Both the position numbers and the translations under genes were made by a program. 64,000 bases of DNA from Alphaproteobacteria bacterium (GTDB taxonomy: Bacteria > Pseudomonadota > Alphaproteobacteria > GCA-2731375), in contig CBDDPY010000002.1 in the NCBI GenBank assembly GCA_965232515.1, positions 5,376,001 to 5,440,000 on the forward strand. The letters are read 5' to 3'. How positions within the stretch are numbered: the first letter of the stretch is position 1; every line of letters begins with the position of its first letter. This document shows, one piece after another, positions 28,782 through 37,957 of this stretch. A model generated the notes under the pieces. The model was not told the origin of the DNA and searched no databases. It was given only the letters and a program-made list of their open reading frames with translations.

Positions 28782-29632
28782 CACTCCCTCACCAACCTGA
28801 ACCCGATAAGAATATGTTTCAAGGCCTCGGGGCGGGAATGCCGGGCCGCGGGCCGGCAGACGCCGCAGCCGCTGTCGTCCCAGGAACCGCCCTTGACCGT
28901 GTAACGGCCGGCGCCCGCCGCGGTCGCGGTCCACTCGAACACCTGACCGGCCGCGTCGAGCAGGCCGAAGGGACTGGCGCCGTCGGGAAAGCTGCCGACC
29001 GGCATGGTGTCGAAGGGACCGGCGTCGTGGCTGTTCAGCCTCGCCGGTGTGAAGACATCGCCCCAGGGAAAACGCCGCCCGTCCACGCCGCGTGCCGCTT
29101 TCTCCCACTCCGTCTCGCTCGGCAGCCGCCAGGTTTGCCCGGTGCGTTCTGACAGCCAGGCCGCATAGTCCCGCGCGTCGGCGTGGCTGACCAGCACGAC
29201 CGGATGGTCGGCCCGACCCGCCGGCGGTCGGCCGTTTTGCCAGGCGTGACGCCGCGTCCGCTCGAAGGGATGGATCAGGCCATAGCCTTGCCAGACATCG
29301 GGCTGGACATCCGGCGCGCGGTGGCCGGTTTCGGCCACGAAGGCCGCGTACTGGGCATTGGTGATCGGCGTTCGGGTGATCGCGAAGGCTTCCGTCGTGG
29401 CGGTCGCACGAGCCGCCTCGCGGTCGTACCACTTCCACTGCCGGGTCCGAGTGTGTCCGTAAGCCTGCTCGTCCAGGCGATAGCCGGCCTCGCGTTCGAA
29501 GCTGTCGGAACCCATGACGAACGGGCCCGCTGGCACCTCGACCACCGCCGGAATCCCATCGTCGGCCAATGAAGCTCCAGCAAGGCCCAGGCCCAAGATC
29601 ATCAATGCCGGCAAATATCCGCGCACCCGCAA
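28781..29632 (-). CDS. Secreted formylglycine-generating-enzyme (SUMF1/EgtB/PvdO) family protein
   Basis: VPAGPFVMGS, PITNAQYAAF, HPVVLVSH, RLPSETEWEKAARG, FGLLDAAGQVFEW, KGGSW, IGFRLV, plus an N-terminal signal peptide. The start (TTG 29632 or ATG 29602) is uncertain. Confidence 0.88.
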   Translation of the reverse strand: MRVRGYLPALMILGLGLAGASLADDGIPAVVEVPAGPFVMGSDSFEREAGYRLDEQAYGHTRTRQWKWYDREAARATATTEAFAITRTPITNAQYAAFVAETGHRAPDVQPDVWQGYGLIHPFERTRRHAWQNGRPPAGRADHPVVLVSHADARDYAAWLSERTGQTWRLPSETEWEKAARGVDGRRFPWGDVFTPARLNSHDAGPFDTMPVGSFPDGASPFGLLDAAGQVFEWTATAAGAGRYTVKGGSWDDSGCGVCRPAARHSRPEALKHILIGFRLVRE

Positions 29633-29810
29633 TACCCTTGTTTACACATCGGGCCCAAATCCATCGGCGGCCCGTTCTAAGTATAGGAAGCATCGGCCGT
29701 GCTGCATCGCAGCATCACAGACTGTTGAGTGAACTTGACTGGTCTGCCGGGGGCAAACGTAGTCCCCTTAAACGACCAGAAAATCACAAGTTCTGACAGG
29801 AGGCCGGCTC

Positions 29811-31247
29811 ATGCGAGCCCATCGATCAAAACTGCTTTCAACGACTGTTATCCATATGTGTTTCGGTGCCGGCCTTGCCGCGGGTAGCGCCCTGGCGATG
29901 GCGCAAGCGGCGACGGCGGCGGGCACGACGACTGGGCTTGCCAATCCCGATGCCGTCGCCAAACCGACGGCCGGTCTGATCCGCCTCGCGGCCTGCAATC
30001 CGTGCGCGGCCAAGGCATGTAATCCCTGCGCCGCCAAGGCCTGTAATCCTTGTGCGGCGAAGGCTTGCAACCCGTGTGCCGCCAAGGCCTGCAATCCCTG
30101 TGCGGCGAAGGCGTGCAACCCCTGCGCGGCCAAAGCCTGCAACCCGTGCAGTCCGTGTGCGGCCAAGGCTTGCAATCCATGCAATCCCTGCCGTGCGGCG
30201 GCGGCTTGTAATCCCTGCAACCCGTGCAATCCCTGCAACCCGTGCGCGGGCGGTGCGGCTTCGGTCTCGGCCAAGTGTCAGGTGCCGCGCCTGGTGACAG
30301 CGGCGCTGTGCAACCCGTGCGCGGCCAAGGCCTGCAACCCCTGTGCGGCGAAGGCGTGCAATCCTTGCGCCGCGAAAGCCTGTAACCCGTGTGCCGCAAA
30401 GGCCTGCAACCCTTGCGCTGCCAAGGCCTGTAACCCCTGCGCGGCCAAAGCTTGCAACCCGTGCGCCGCGAAGGCGTGCAATCCATGTGCAGCCAAGGCC
30501 TGCAACCCTTGCGCCGCGAAGGCCTGCAACCCGTGTGCGGCCAAGGCCTGCAATCCGTGCCGCGTGGCCAAGGCCTGCAATCCCTGCGCGGCCAAAGCTT
30601 GCAACCCGTGCAATCCGTGTGCGGCCAAGAAGGCCTGCAATCCGTGCAACCCCTGCGCGGCCAAGGCCTGCAACCCCTGCAATCCGTGTGCGGCAAATGC
30701 CTGCAATCCTTGCAACCCGTGCGGACCTTGCGGCGCGGCCGAGGCGCCGGAGCTGAGCACCGCCGAAGTGCGGGCGGCCTACGACTGCCTGCGCGGCGAG
30801 ATGGTCGCGGGCTATGCCAAGTCGGGCATGCAGACCGCCAGCTTCTACAAGGACTGGGCGATCTACAACTCCCAGCCCTACGTCTCCGACACGCATGGCG
30901 GCCGGTTCGTCAACAACTACACCAATGTCGTCGGCAGCCAGAAGTACGGCAAGTACGAGGACGCCGGCCGCATGCCGGTGGGCGCGATGATGGCGAAGGA
31001 CAGCTTCGTCGTGCGCCCGGACGGCAAGATGGCCTCGGGTCCGTTGTTCCTCATGGAGAAGATGCCGGCCGGCTTCAACAAGGAAAGCGGCAACTGGCGC
31101 TACACCATGGTCATGGCGGACGGCGCCGTGTTCGGCACCACCAACGGCCAGGGCTCGAACAACGTGAAGTTCTGCATCGAATGCCACGCGGCGGTGGCGG
31201 AAGATCAGGACAGCGTGTTCTTCCTGCCGGAGGAGTATCGGAACTAG
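29811..31247 (+). CDS. Exported Cys-rich (CNPCAAKA)n repeat protein fused to a cytochrome P460-family heme c domain
   Basis: RBS AGGAGG, signal peptide (..AQA), two repeat blocks. The C-terminal domain has [22 protein letters not shown] and a late CIECH heme motif. Confidence 0.85.
   Translation: MRAHRSKLLSTTVIHMCFGAGLAAGSALAMAQAATAAGTTTGLANPDAVAKPTAGLIRLAACNPCAAKACNPCAAKACNPCAAKACNPCAAKACNPCAAKACNPCAAKACNPCSPCAAKACNPCNPCRAAAACNPCNPCNPCNPCAGGAASVSAKCQVPRLVTAALCNPCAAKACNPCAAKACNPCAAKACNPCAAKACNPCAAKACNPCAAKACNPCAAKACNPCAAKACNPCAAKACNPCAAKACNPCRVAKACNPCAAKACNPCNPCAAKKACNPCNPCAAKACNPCNPCAANACNPCNPCGPCGAAEAPELSTAEVRAAYDCLRGEMVAGYAKSGMQTASFYKDWAIYNSQPYVSDTHGGRFVNNYTNVVGSQKYGKYEDAGRMPVGAMMAKDSFVVRPDGKMASGPLFLMEKMPAGFNKESGNWRYTMVMADGAVFGTTNGQGSNNVKFCIECHAAVAEDQDSVFFLPEEYRN
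29994..30731 (+). repeat. 24-bp/9-bp coding tandem repeats (CNPCAAKA / NPC) in two blocks
   Basis: Block 1 is 29994-30245 (23 Cys) and block 2 is 30309-30731 (37 Cys). Confidence 0.95.
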
Positions 31248-31301
31248 TTGGCGGTTCGGGCGGCTGGATGTACCGGCCGCCCGCCCTGCCGATCACGGGA
31301 G

Positions 31302-31328
31302 AAAGCGGCGTTTCGACGCCGCTTTTTT
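31302..31328 (+). terminator. Intrinsic terminator
   Basis: AAAGCGGCGT-TTCG-ACGCCGCTTTTTT. Confidence 0.8.
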
Positions 31329-31390
31329 CATTGTCGACGGCGCGGGACAGGTAGACTTCGTCGAACCAAACAACAGACGAGGCCGATGCC

Positions 31391-31999
31391 GTGGCGACTG
31401 TGACGTTCTATTTCGACTGTTCCAGCCCCTGGACCTATCTGGGCTTTCATCGTTTTCTGCCGCTCGCCGACGAACTTGGCGTGACCGTCGACTGGCGGCC
31501 GATCCTGGTTGGCGGCGTGTTCAACACGGTCAATCCCAGCGTCTATCAGAGCCGCGAGAACCCGGTCCCGGCGAAGCAGGCCTATATGCTCAAGGACCTG
31601 CAGGACTGGGCCCGCTTTACCGGTATCGAGATCGTCTGGCCGCCCGGCATCTTTCCGATCAACAGCGTCAAGGCCATGCGCGGCTGCATCCACGCCGACC
31701 GGCAGGGCCGCCTGGTGCCGTTCGCGACGGCGGTGTTCGAGGCCTATTGGGGCGCCGATCGCGATATCGCCAACGAGGCCGTGTTGTCCGAGCTCGCGAC
31801 GACGGCCGGGCTCGATGCCGACGCGTTGCTGGCGGCCATCGCGTCGCCCGACATCAAACAGGCGCTGCGCGAGAACACCGACGAACTGATCGGGCGCGGC
31901 GGCTTCGGCACGCCGACGATCTTCATCGACGACGATATGTATTTCGGCAACGACCGCCTGCCGCTGATCCGCGCCGCGCTTGAACGCGCGGCCGCTTGA
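31391..31999 (+). CDS. 2-hydroxychromene-2-carboxylate isomerase / DsbA-like (kappa GST) protein
   Basis: FYFDCSSPWTY, WRPILVGGVF, GGFGTPT, YFGNDRL. Confidence 0.9.
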   Translation: MATVTFYFDCSSPWTYLGFHRFLPLADELGVTVDWRPILVGGVFNTVNPSVYQSRENPVPAKQAYMLKDLQDWARFTGIEIVWPPGIFPINSVKAMRGCIHADRQGRLVPFATAVFEAYWGADRDIANEAVLSELATTAGLDADALLAAIASPDIKQALRENTDELIGRGGFGTPTIFIDDDMYFGNDRLPLIRAALERAAA

Positions 32000-32002
32000 G
32001 CG

Positions 32003-32806
32003 TCAGGCAATAACCCGAATGACGCGGCTGTCGGGATGCAGCAGGATCTCGCTGAAACCGTAGTCGGCGGCGGCCGGGATGCGCATGACGCGGCCCTCGT
32101 CGTGCGGTGTGATTTGTGGCTGGACGGTAACGACGGTCGCATCCGCCGCCGCCGCCATCGCCGACGCAGTGTCCCGCGAGCGGGCCAGCTTGCCGAGGTT
32201 CGTGCGGGTCGGAAAGACGATTGAGCGGCGGCCGGCATCGGCTTCGGTGAGCGCTTGCGCCGGCGCGATCCACTCCGACTCCAGCGTCTCTTCGCCGTCG
32301 TGAAGTGCTACCTGGTCCGGCGGCGCGGCGGCCAGGAAGAACTGCGTATCGAAGATCTTCGGCTGCTGCTTCGGCGTAATCCAGTGCGCGAAGCGGACCA
32401 GGCGGTCGCAGGCGAGATGCAGATTTTCGCGCCGGCACAGCTCGGCCAAAGTCGTCTCGCCGGCGACCAGCGGCTTGCGCAAGGCATCGAGCGCCTCGAC
32501 GCGGGCGGCGGGCAGCAGCTCGGTCTCGCCGTCGGCCCGGGCCAGCAGCACGCCGGCCTCCTCGAAGGCCTCGCGGATCGCGGCGACGCGAAACTGCAGC
32601 TCGACATCGCCCAGGCCGTCGGCGCCGTCACAGAATTCGCGCAGCTCGGGCGCGGCGTCGTTTGCGTCGACCTTGCCGCCGGGGAACACCAGCGCGCCCG
32701 AGAACGAGTCGATCTCGTAGTGCCTGCGCACCATGAAGACTTCCAGGCCGTCGTCGCCGTCGCGCAGCAGCAGCACGGTGGCCGCGGGAATGACAGGTGC
32801 GGTCAT
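32003..32806 (-). CDS. NUDIX hydrolase
   Basis: PAATVLLLRD, VFPGGKVD, AAIREAFEEAG, HWITP, FDTQFF. Confidence 0.88.
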   Translation of the reverse strand: MTAPVIPAATVLLLRDGDDGLEVFMVRRHYEIDSFSGALVFPGGKVDANDAAPELREFCDGADGLGDVELQFRVAAIREAFEEAGVLLARADGETELLPAARVEALDALRKPLVAGETTLAELCRRENLHLACDRLVRFAHWITPKQQPKIFDTQFFLAAAPPDQVALHDGEETLESEWIAPAQALTEADAGRRSIVFPTRTNLGKLARSRDTASAMAAAADATVVTVQPQITPHDEGRVMRIPAAADYGFSEILLHPDSRVIRVIA

Positions 32807-32816
32807 GTGCGGACAG

Positions 32817-33911
32817 TCAGGCGACCTGGCGGGCGCGTTCGGCCGCCGGCGCGGCGCGCTTCAGCTCCGGCATGACTTGGTCGGCGAACAGGCGCATGTT
32901 GCGCTCCGCTTCGTCCGCCGGCATGCCGGCATAGCTGAACACGCCCACGAAATGGTCGGCGCCGGTGCGGTCCGAGACCTCCATGATCTTCTCGTAGCAC
33001 ATCTCGGGCGTGCCCCAGACCTGCAGGTTCATGAAGAATTCGATCGCCGCTTCGTCGCCGTACTTCTCCAGCTTATCGGCAAACTTGCCGTAATACTCAT
33101 AGCCCTTCGTGGTGCGCAGGTGGCCCTTGCCGAACTGGTAATGGTCCAGCACGGTCATCCAGTAGCCGCCGATATAGCGCCGCGCCATCTCGTAGGCGCG
33201 TTCGGGATCCTCGTCGCAGAAGGTCCAGCCGGCCGAGATCGGCGGCGGCGCCTCGGCGCCGTTCACCCGACGGAAGACCTGGCGGTAATTGTCCAGTTCC
33301 TTCTTCACCTCGTCCCAGGGCTTTTGCGGGATGATCAAGATGCCGATGCCGAGCTCGGCCATGATCTGCGAGGATTCCGGCGACACCGCCGCGGCGTAGG
33401 TGCGGCCGCGAAAGCTCTTGAATGGCGCCGGACGGATGTCGGCGCGGGCCTGCTGGACGAACGTGCCGTCATATTCGCAATAGCCCTGCTCAAGTCCCTT
33501 CAGCACCATCTCGGCGCATTCGACGAAGCGCGCCCGGCTCTCCTCCATGGGGATGCCGAAGCCGTCGAACTCGACCTTGCCGGCGCCGCGGCCGAGCCCC
33601 AGGATCACCCGGCCGTTGGAGATGTTATCGAGCATGGAGATCTCTTCGGCCGCCCGCATGGGGTCGTGCCAGGGCAGCACGATGACCATGGAGCCGAGCT
33701 GCGCCGTCTCGGTGCGGCCCGCCATGTAGGTCAGGAACTGATAGACATCGGGGCACATGGTGTAGTCGGTGAAATGGTGCTCGACGCCCCAGATCGACTG
33801 GAACCCCAGCGGCTCGGCCAGATCGGCCAGCTTCAGGTCGCTCTGATAGACCTCCAAGTCGCTCCGTTCACGGTGCGGATTCTGGAAAATCGCCGCCATT
33901 CCCACATGCAT
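32817..33911 (-). CDS. LLM-class flavin-dependent oxidoreductase
   Basis: AEPLGFQSIWGVEHHF, PMRAAEEISMLD, GRVILGLGRG, LFADQVMP. Confidence 0.9.
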   Translation of the reverse strand: MHVGMAAIFQNPHRERSDLEVYQSDLKLADLAEPLGFQSIWGVEHHFTDYTMCPDVYQFLTYMAGRTETAQLGSMVIVLPWHDPMRAAEEISMLDNISNGRVILGLGRGAGKVEFDGFGIPMEESRARFVECAEMVLKGLEQGYCEYDGTFVQQARADIRPAPFKSFRGRTYAAAVSPESSQIMAELGIGILIIPQKPWDEVKKELDNYRQVFRRVNGAEAPPPISAGWTFCDEDPERAYEMARRYIGGYWMTVLDHYQFGKGHLRTTKGYEYYGKFADKLEKYGDEAAIEFFMNLQVWGTPEMCYEKIMEVSDRTGADHFVGVFSYAGMPADEAERNMRLFADQVMPELKRAAPAAERARQVA

Positions 33912-34113
33912 GCCGCTCTGCGCTCCTCGTGCCCCGTATCGTCGTTTGCTGGATCCGCGGTCAGGATGCCATAGGGCCTCTCGCGCGAACAAATGTTTGT
34001 TTCTCGAACCCCCGAGAGCGTCGGTTGCGGCTGTCACAAGGTCGTGAAGATTCGTTAACCATATATTCAAGGTCGCTTGTATAGCGTTAAGAGGCTGAAT
34101 TTATTGAGGAAAA

Positions 34114-36006
34114 ATGTCCTCGACCGCATTCCGCCGTTGGCTGCAGCTGGTGCCGGCATCCCTGCAATGCCGCATCTGCCGCCGAGTCGCGTTGCTGGTC
34201 TTCCTCAGCATCGTCGCCATCGAGGCGGCGATCCTGGTGCCGTCCTATCGAAATTACGAGCGCGATCTGCTGCAGCGGCTCGAGGACACCAGCCATGCCG
34301 CGATCCTGGCGGCGTTCAACCTGCACGGCCACGCGCGTCACCGGGATCTGCTGATCCTGGGACGCGCGCTCACGCGGATGACTGATATCCGTGGCGGCGC
34401 CCTCTACACGGCCGAAGGCGACGAGATCGGCAAGTTCGGCGAGACGCCGATGCTGACCTTGGCCGACCCTGGCGCCGCGGGAATCGGCCGTCGGCACCTG
34501 CGCAGCGCACGGCGCTACGAGGTGGCCTGGCCGGCGGCCGGCGGGTCGTTGCCCGTCGGCGTCGTCGTCCGCTTGGACAGCGCCTGGGTCGCCGACGAGC
34601 TGGTCAGTTTCGTCTGGCGCATTGGCGGCCTGGTGCTGTTGATTTCGGTCGTCGTCTGCGGCGGCGCCATGCTGGTGCTCAGCCGCACGGTGCTGGGGCC
34701 CATGCTCGACTTGCGCACGGCCCTGATGGCGGCCGGCGAGCGTCCCGCGGAGTCCGAGCGGCACATGCTGACGGTCGCACGACAGGACGAGCTTGGCGAT
34801 GTCGTCGATGCCGTGAACAAGCTGCTGTACCGGGTCTCGCGCACATTTCGGGAAGAGCTCGCGACCATGTTCGCCATGGTCGACGAGGCGAACGACGCGA
34901 TCCTGGCCTATGACGGCGGCGGACGCCTGATCTACGCCAACCATGCGGCCCTTGCGCTCTGCGGCTGTGAAAGCCTCGATGACCTTGTCGCAGCCGATCT
35001 GCCGCGGTTCCTTGAACACGATGACGACGCGGCCTGCACACTGACGGCGCTGTTGGCCGATGGCGCTTATGCCGGCGAGGTTACGCTGGTGGCGGCCGGC
35101 GGCCGGACGGTGCCCTGTCTCGTGAACGCGGCCACGCTCAGGGACGAGGAGGGCGCGCCGCTGCGCTATTTCACATCGATCCTCGACATTTCCGAGATCC
35201 GCGACGCGCGCGAGCAGCTGCAACAGCAGAACCTGGAACTGGCCACCGCCGACCGGGCCAAGTCCGAGTTCCTGGCGAATATGAGCCACGAGCTGCGGAC
35301 GCCGCTCAACGCCATCATCGGCTTTTCCGAGATTATGACCGAGAGCGCGCGGGCCGGCGCGCCGCCGGACAAGATCGGCGAGTATGCCCGGGACATCAAC
35401 AACGCCGGCACGCATCTGCTGGGCATCATCAACGATATCCTCGATCTCTCGAAGATCGAGGCCGGCCGCATGAAGCTGCATTGCGAACCGGTGACACTGC
35501 CGGAGACGGCGGCGGCGAGTGTCGCGCTGATCCGCGGACGGGCCGAGGCGGCGGGCGTCGATGTCAGGCTCGATCTGCCGGCGACACTGCGGCCGCTTAC
35601 CGCCGATCCGGTGAAGTTGAAACAGATTCTGCTGAACCTGTTGTCCAATGCCGTGAAGTTCACCGAGACCGGGGGCTCCGTGACGTTGTCGGCGCGGGCC
35701 GAAGCCGACGGCCTGGCCGTTGAGGTGACCGATACCGGCATCGGCATCGCATCCCACGACATCCCCAAGGCCATGGCGCCGTTCAGTCAGGTCGACAACG
35801 CCATGTCCCGCCGCTTCGAGGGCACGGGCCTGGGATTGCCGTTATCGAAGGCGCTGGTCGACCTGCATGGCGGATCGCTCGAGCTGGAGAGTGAGCCGGG
35901 GCGCGGCACGACGGTGCGGATCTGGCTGCCCAGCGACGGTGCGGCCCGGCAGATCGGCGATCAGGCGTTGAAGTCGCCCGGCTCCAGCAGCCGCGACGCG
36001 GCATAG
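34114..36006 (+). CDS. Membrane HAMP-PAS sensor histidine kinase (PleC/DivJ-like HisKA)
   Basis: Two TMs, RQDELG, a PAS region, KSEFLANMSHELRTPLNAIIGFSE, NLLSNAVKFT, DTGIGI, GTGLGL. Confidence 0.92.
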   Translation: MSSTAFRRWLQLVPASLQCRICRRVALLVFLSIVAIEAAILVPSYRNYERDLLQRLEDTSHAAILAAFNLHGHARHRDLLILGRALTRMTDIRGGALYTAEGDEIGKFGETPMLTLADPGAAGIGRRHLRSARRYEVAWPAAGGSLPVGVVVRLDSAWVADELVSFVWRIGGLVLLISVVVCGGAMLVLSRTVLGPMLDLRTALMAAGERPAESERHMLTVARQDELGDVVDAVNKLLYRVSRTFREELATMFAMVDEANDAILAYDGGGRLIYANHAALALCGCESLDDLVAADLPRFLEHDDDAACTLTALLADGAYAGEVTLVAAGGRTVPCLVNAATLRDEEGAPLRYFTSILDISEIRDAREQLQQQNLELATADRAKSEFLANMSHELRTPLNAIIGFSEIMTESARAGAPPDKIGEYARDINNAGTHLLGIINDILDLSKIEAGRMKLHCEPVTLPETAAASVALIRGRAEAAGVDVRLDLPATLRPLTADPVKLKQILLNLLSNAVKFTETGGSVTLSARAEADGLAVEVTDTGIGIASHDIPKAMAPFSQVDNAMSRRFEGTGLGLPLSKALVDLHGGSLELESEPGRGTTVRIWLPSDGAARQIGDQALKSPGSSSRDAA

Positions 36007-37181
36007 CCGAACACCAGGCCCCAGAAAGCGGCGCCGATATTGAAGATGGTCACGTCGGAGATCGTGACCAGGAAGGTGACCAGCGCGCCGAGTCGGAACG
36101 ATCCGCCAAACGCCGTTGTAAAGGCGCTCTGCAGCACGCCGAGCAGGGCGAGACCGCCCAGCATGCCGATAAAGGCGGCCGGTACGGCCAGGCCCAGGCT
36201 GGCCGTGACCGGCGCGAACACGCCGAACAGCAGCATCAACAGGCCGAACGTGATCCCGCCGACATAGCGTCGTTCCGGCGCGCCGGACGCGTTCAGGATG
36301 GCGTTCGACGGCCCGGTGACGCAGGCCGGCACCGAACCGAGCAGACCGAAGAAGAAGCTGCCGACGCCCGACGCCAGCGTCAGCATGTTCTGCGGCGGCC
36401 GATAGCCGGCGTCGCGCAGGATCACGAAGCCTTGCGCGTTCTGGATGCCGACGACGGTGATGGTCAGCGGCAGCACCAGCTCGGCCAACGCGGCCCAGGA
36501 AAACTCCGGCCGGAAAAGGATCGGCTGCGCCAGGGTGAAGCTGATCGGCCGGTCCGGCGACAGGCCGCCGGAGACCGCGATCACGACGCTGCCGGCCAGC
36601 AGCGCCACCAGCACCGGCGGCACGATCTGCGCGAGGCGCCCGGCCGCCGACATCAGTACGAAACCGGCCAGCATGGCGAGCGCGATCCACCAGGCCTGTT
36701 GGAAGGCGGTGATGATGTTCAGCCCCAGAGGCAGGAACACGCCGGCGACCATGGCCATGACGATGGGCAGCGGAAACAGCGCCATGACGCGCGCGACCCA
36801 GCCGGTGACGCCGAGGAGCGTGATCAGCGCCGCCGTCGCCATGTAGGCGAAGACGATTTCGTTCAGACTGAGATGCTCGAGCGCCGGCCCCAGCAGCACG
36901 GTGCCGGGGATGGTCCAGGCCATGGCGATCGGCATGCGGTAGAGCAGGCTGAACAGCACCGACATGACGCCGCCGATGCCGTAGGCGGCGAAGATCCAGG
37001 AGCCGATCTCGGCCTCGCGCAGTCCGCCCTCGCTGGCGACGGTCAGGATGATCGCGAGCGGACCGGTGGTCGCGAACAGAAAGGCGACGAAGCCGTTCAC
37101 CAGGCCATGATGATTGATGTCGCGGAGGAGTTCGCCGACTCGCGGCGCCGGCGCTTCCGCGGGTTCCAGTCTGCCTTTCAC
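35961..37181 (-). CDS. BenE family benzoate/H+ symporter
   Basis: YRMPIAMAWTIPG, QNAQG, AGYRPP, IGAAFWGLVFG. Highly hydrophobic. Confidence 0.85.
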   Translation of the reverse strand: MKGRLEPAEAPAPRVGELLRDINHHGLVNGFVAFLFATTGPLAIILTVASEGGLREAEIGSWIFAAYGIGGVMSVLFSLLYRMPIAMAWTIPGTVLLGPALEHLSLNEIVFAYMATAALITLLGVTGWVARVMALFPLPIVMAMVAGVFLPLGLNIITAFQQAWWIALAMLAGFVLMSAAGRLAQIVPPVLVALLAGSVVIAVSGGLSPDRPISFTLAQPILFRPEFSWAALAELVLPLTITVVGIQNAQGFVILRDAGYRPPQNMLTLASGVGSFFFGLLGSVPACVTGPSNAILNASGAPERRYVGGITFGLLMLLFGVFAPVTASLGLAVPAAFIGMLGGLALLGVLQSAFTTAFGGSFRLGALVTFLVTISDVTIFNIGAAFWGLVFGYAASRLLEPGDFNA

Positions 37182-37408
37182 CGTCGGCGTCTCGCCTTCC
37201 CCCCAAATGCGGCCGGCGTCGACAACCGGCCCAGCGAGACCGAATCGGCCTCCGAGACGAGGCTAACATGCTGAATCTCAGGCGCAAATTCGTTGTCTGT
37301 GACCTATTTCACAGCCCCGCGAAATAGATCGGTTAATACTGATGAAGCTTGTCCCGATGTCGGAAAGGGCAGGCGTTGGAGGTCACCGGTCGGAGGGGGG
37401 GAAAGACG

Positions 37409-37777
37409 ATGACGGACCTCAAAACCAAGGTCAAAGCCAATCTCAACGCGGATCTGAACGACGTATCGTTCGAGGTGCTGTTGCGCGACGACACCGAACG
37501 CGCAAAGCGCGCCGGCGATATGGCGGACAAGAAGGTCGAGCTCGAAGATCTCCGCCAGTGTTTGAACTGGTTCGCTGCCCGCGGCATTACTGTCAAGGCG
37601 ACGCGTTCCGGACTGCACTGCGAGACACCCCGGGAAATGTTCGAGTTCCTGTTCGGCGTGACGCTGCACCGTCGCGTGTCGGCCGCGGGTTCGCCGGTCT
37701 TCGAGATCGACGGCACACTCAAGTTGCCGCGCGAGCTCGCGTCTTTGATCGACCGGATCTGCCTGCAGCCGAACTGA
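37409..37777 (+). CDS. Hypothetical protein (resembles a peptidase prodomain)
   Basis: 122-aa ORF with RBS GGAGGG and ordinary codon use. Confidence 0.55.
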   Translation: MTDLKTKVKANLNADLNDVSFEVLLRDDTERAKRAGDMADKKVELEDLRQCLNWFAARGITVKATRSGLHCETPREMFEFLFGVTLHRRVSAAGSPVFEIDGTLKLPRELASLIDRICLQPN

Positions 37778-37957
37778 CCTCCGGACCCGGCCGGCGGCCG
37801 ACCGCCGTAGGATCGCGACACGAAACCTGCGCGACGGTTGCTCGACCGGCCGCGAGTGCCGTGCTAGTGCCATGCAAATGCCACGAATGTTGACGGGGAT
37901 TGCCGGTACAACAGGCAACGTGCGCCACGATCGAAGCATCCGTTTCGGAGCGAAAAC

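Noticed and set aside
28008-29693. 561-aa ORF suggesting a long protein overlapping the FGE-like gene
   Set aside because: The N-terminal part is off-frame read-through of the FGE-like gene. The real start is the coupled ATG at 28781.
29994-30731. CRISPR-like periodicity
   Set aside because: The units are contiguous 24/9-bp codon repeats with no unique spacers, and there are no cas genes.
29811-31247. Multiheme cytochrome interpretation of the CxxC repeats
   Set aside because: The CNPC units are never followed by His. Only CIECH is a heme c motif.
29768-31354. Antisense and alternate-frame repeat ORFs ([17 protein letters not shown] repeats)
   Set aside because: These are shadows of the CNPC repeat gene. 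Only the + frame at 29811 has an RBS, a signal peptide, synonymous-only variation and a recognisable C-terminal domain.
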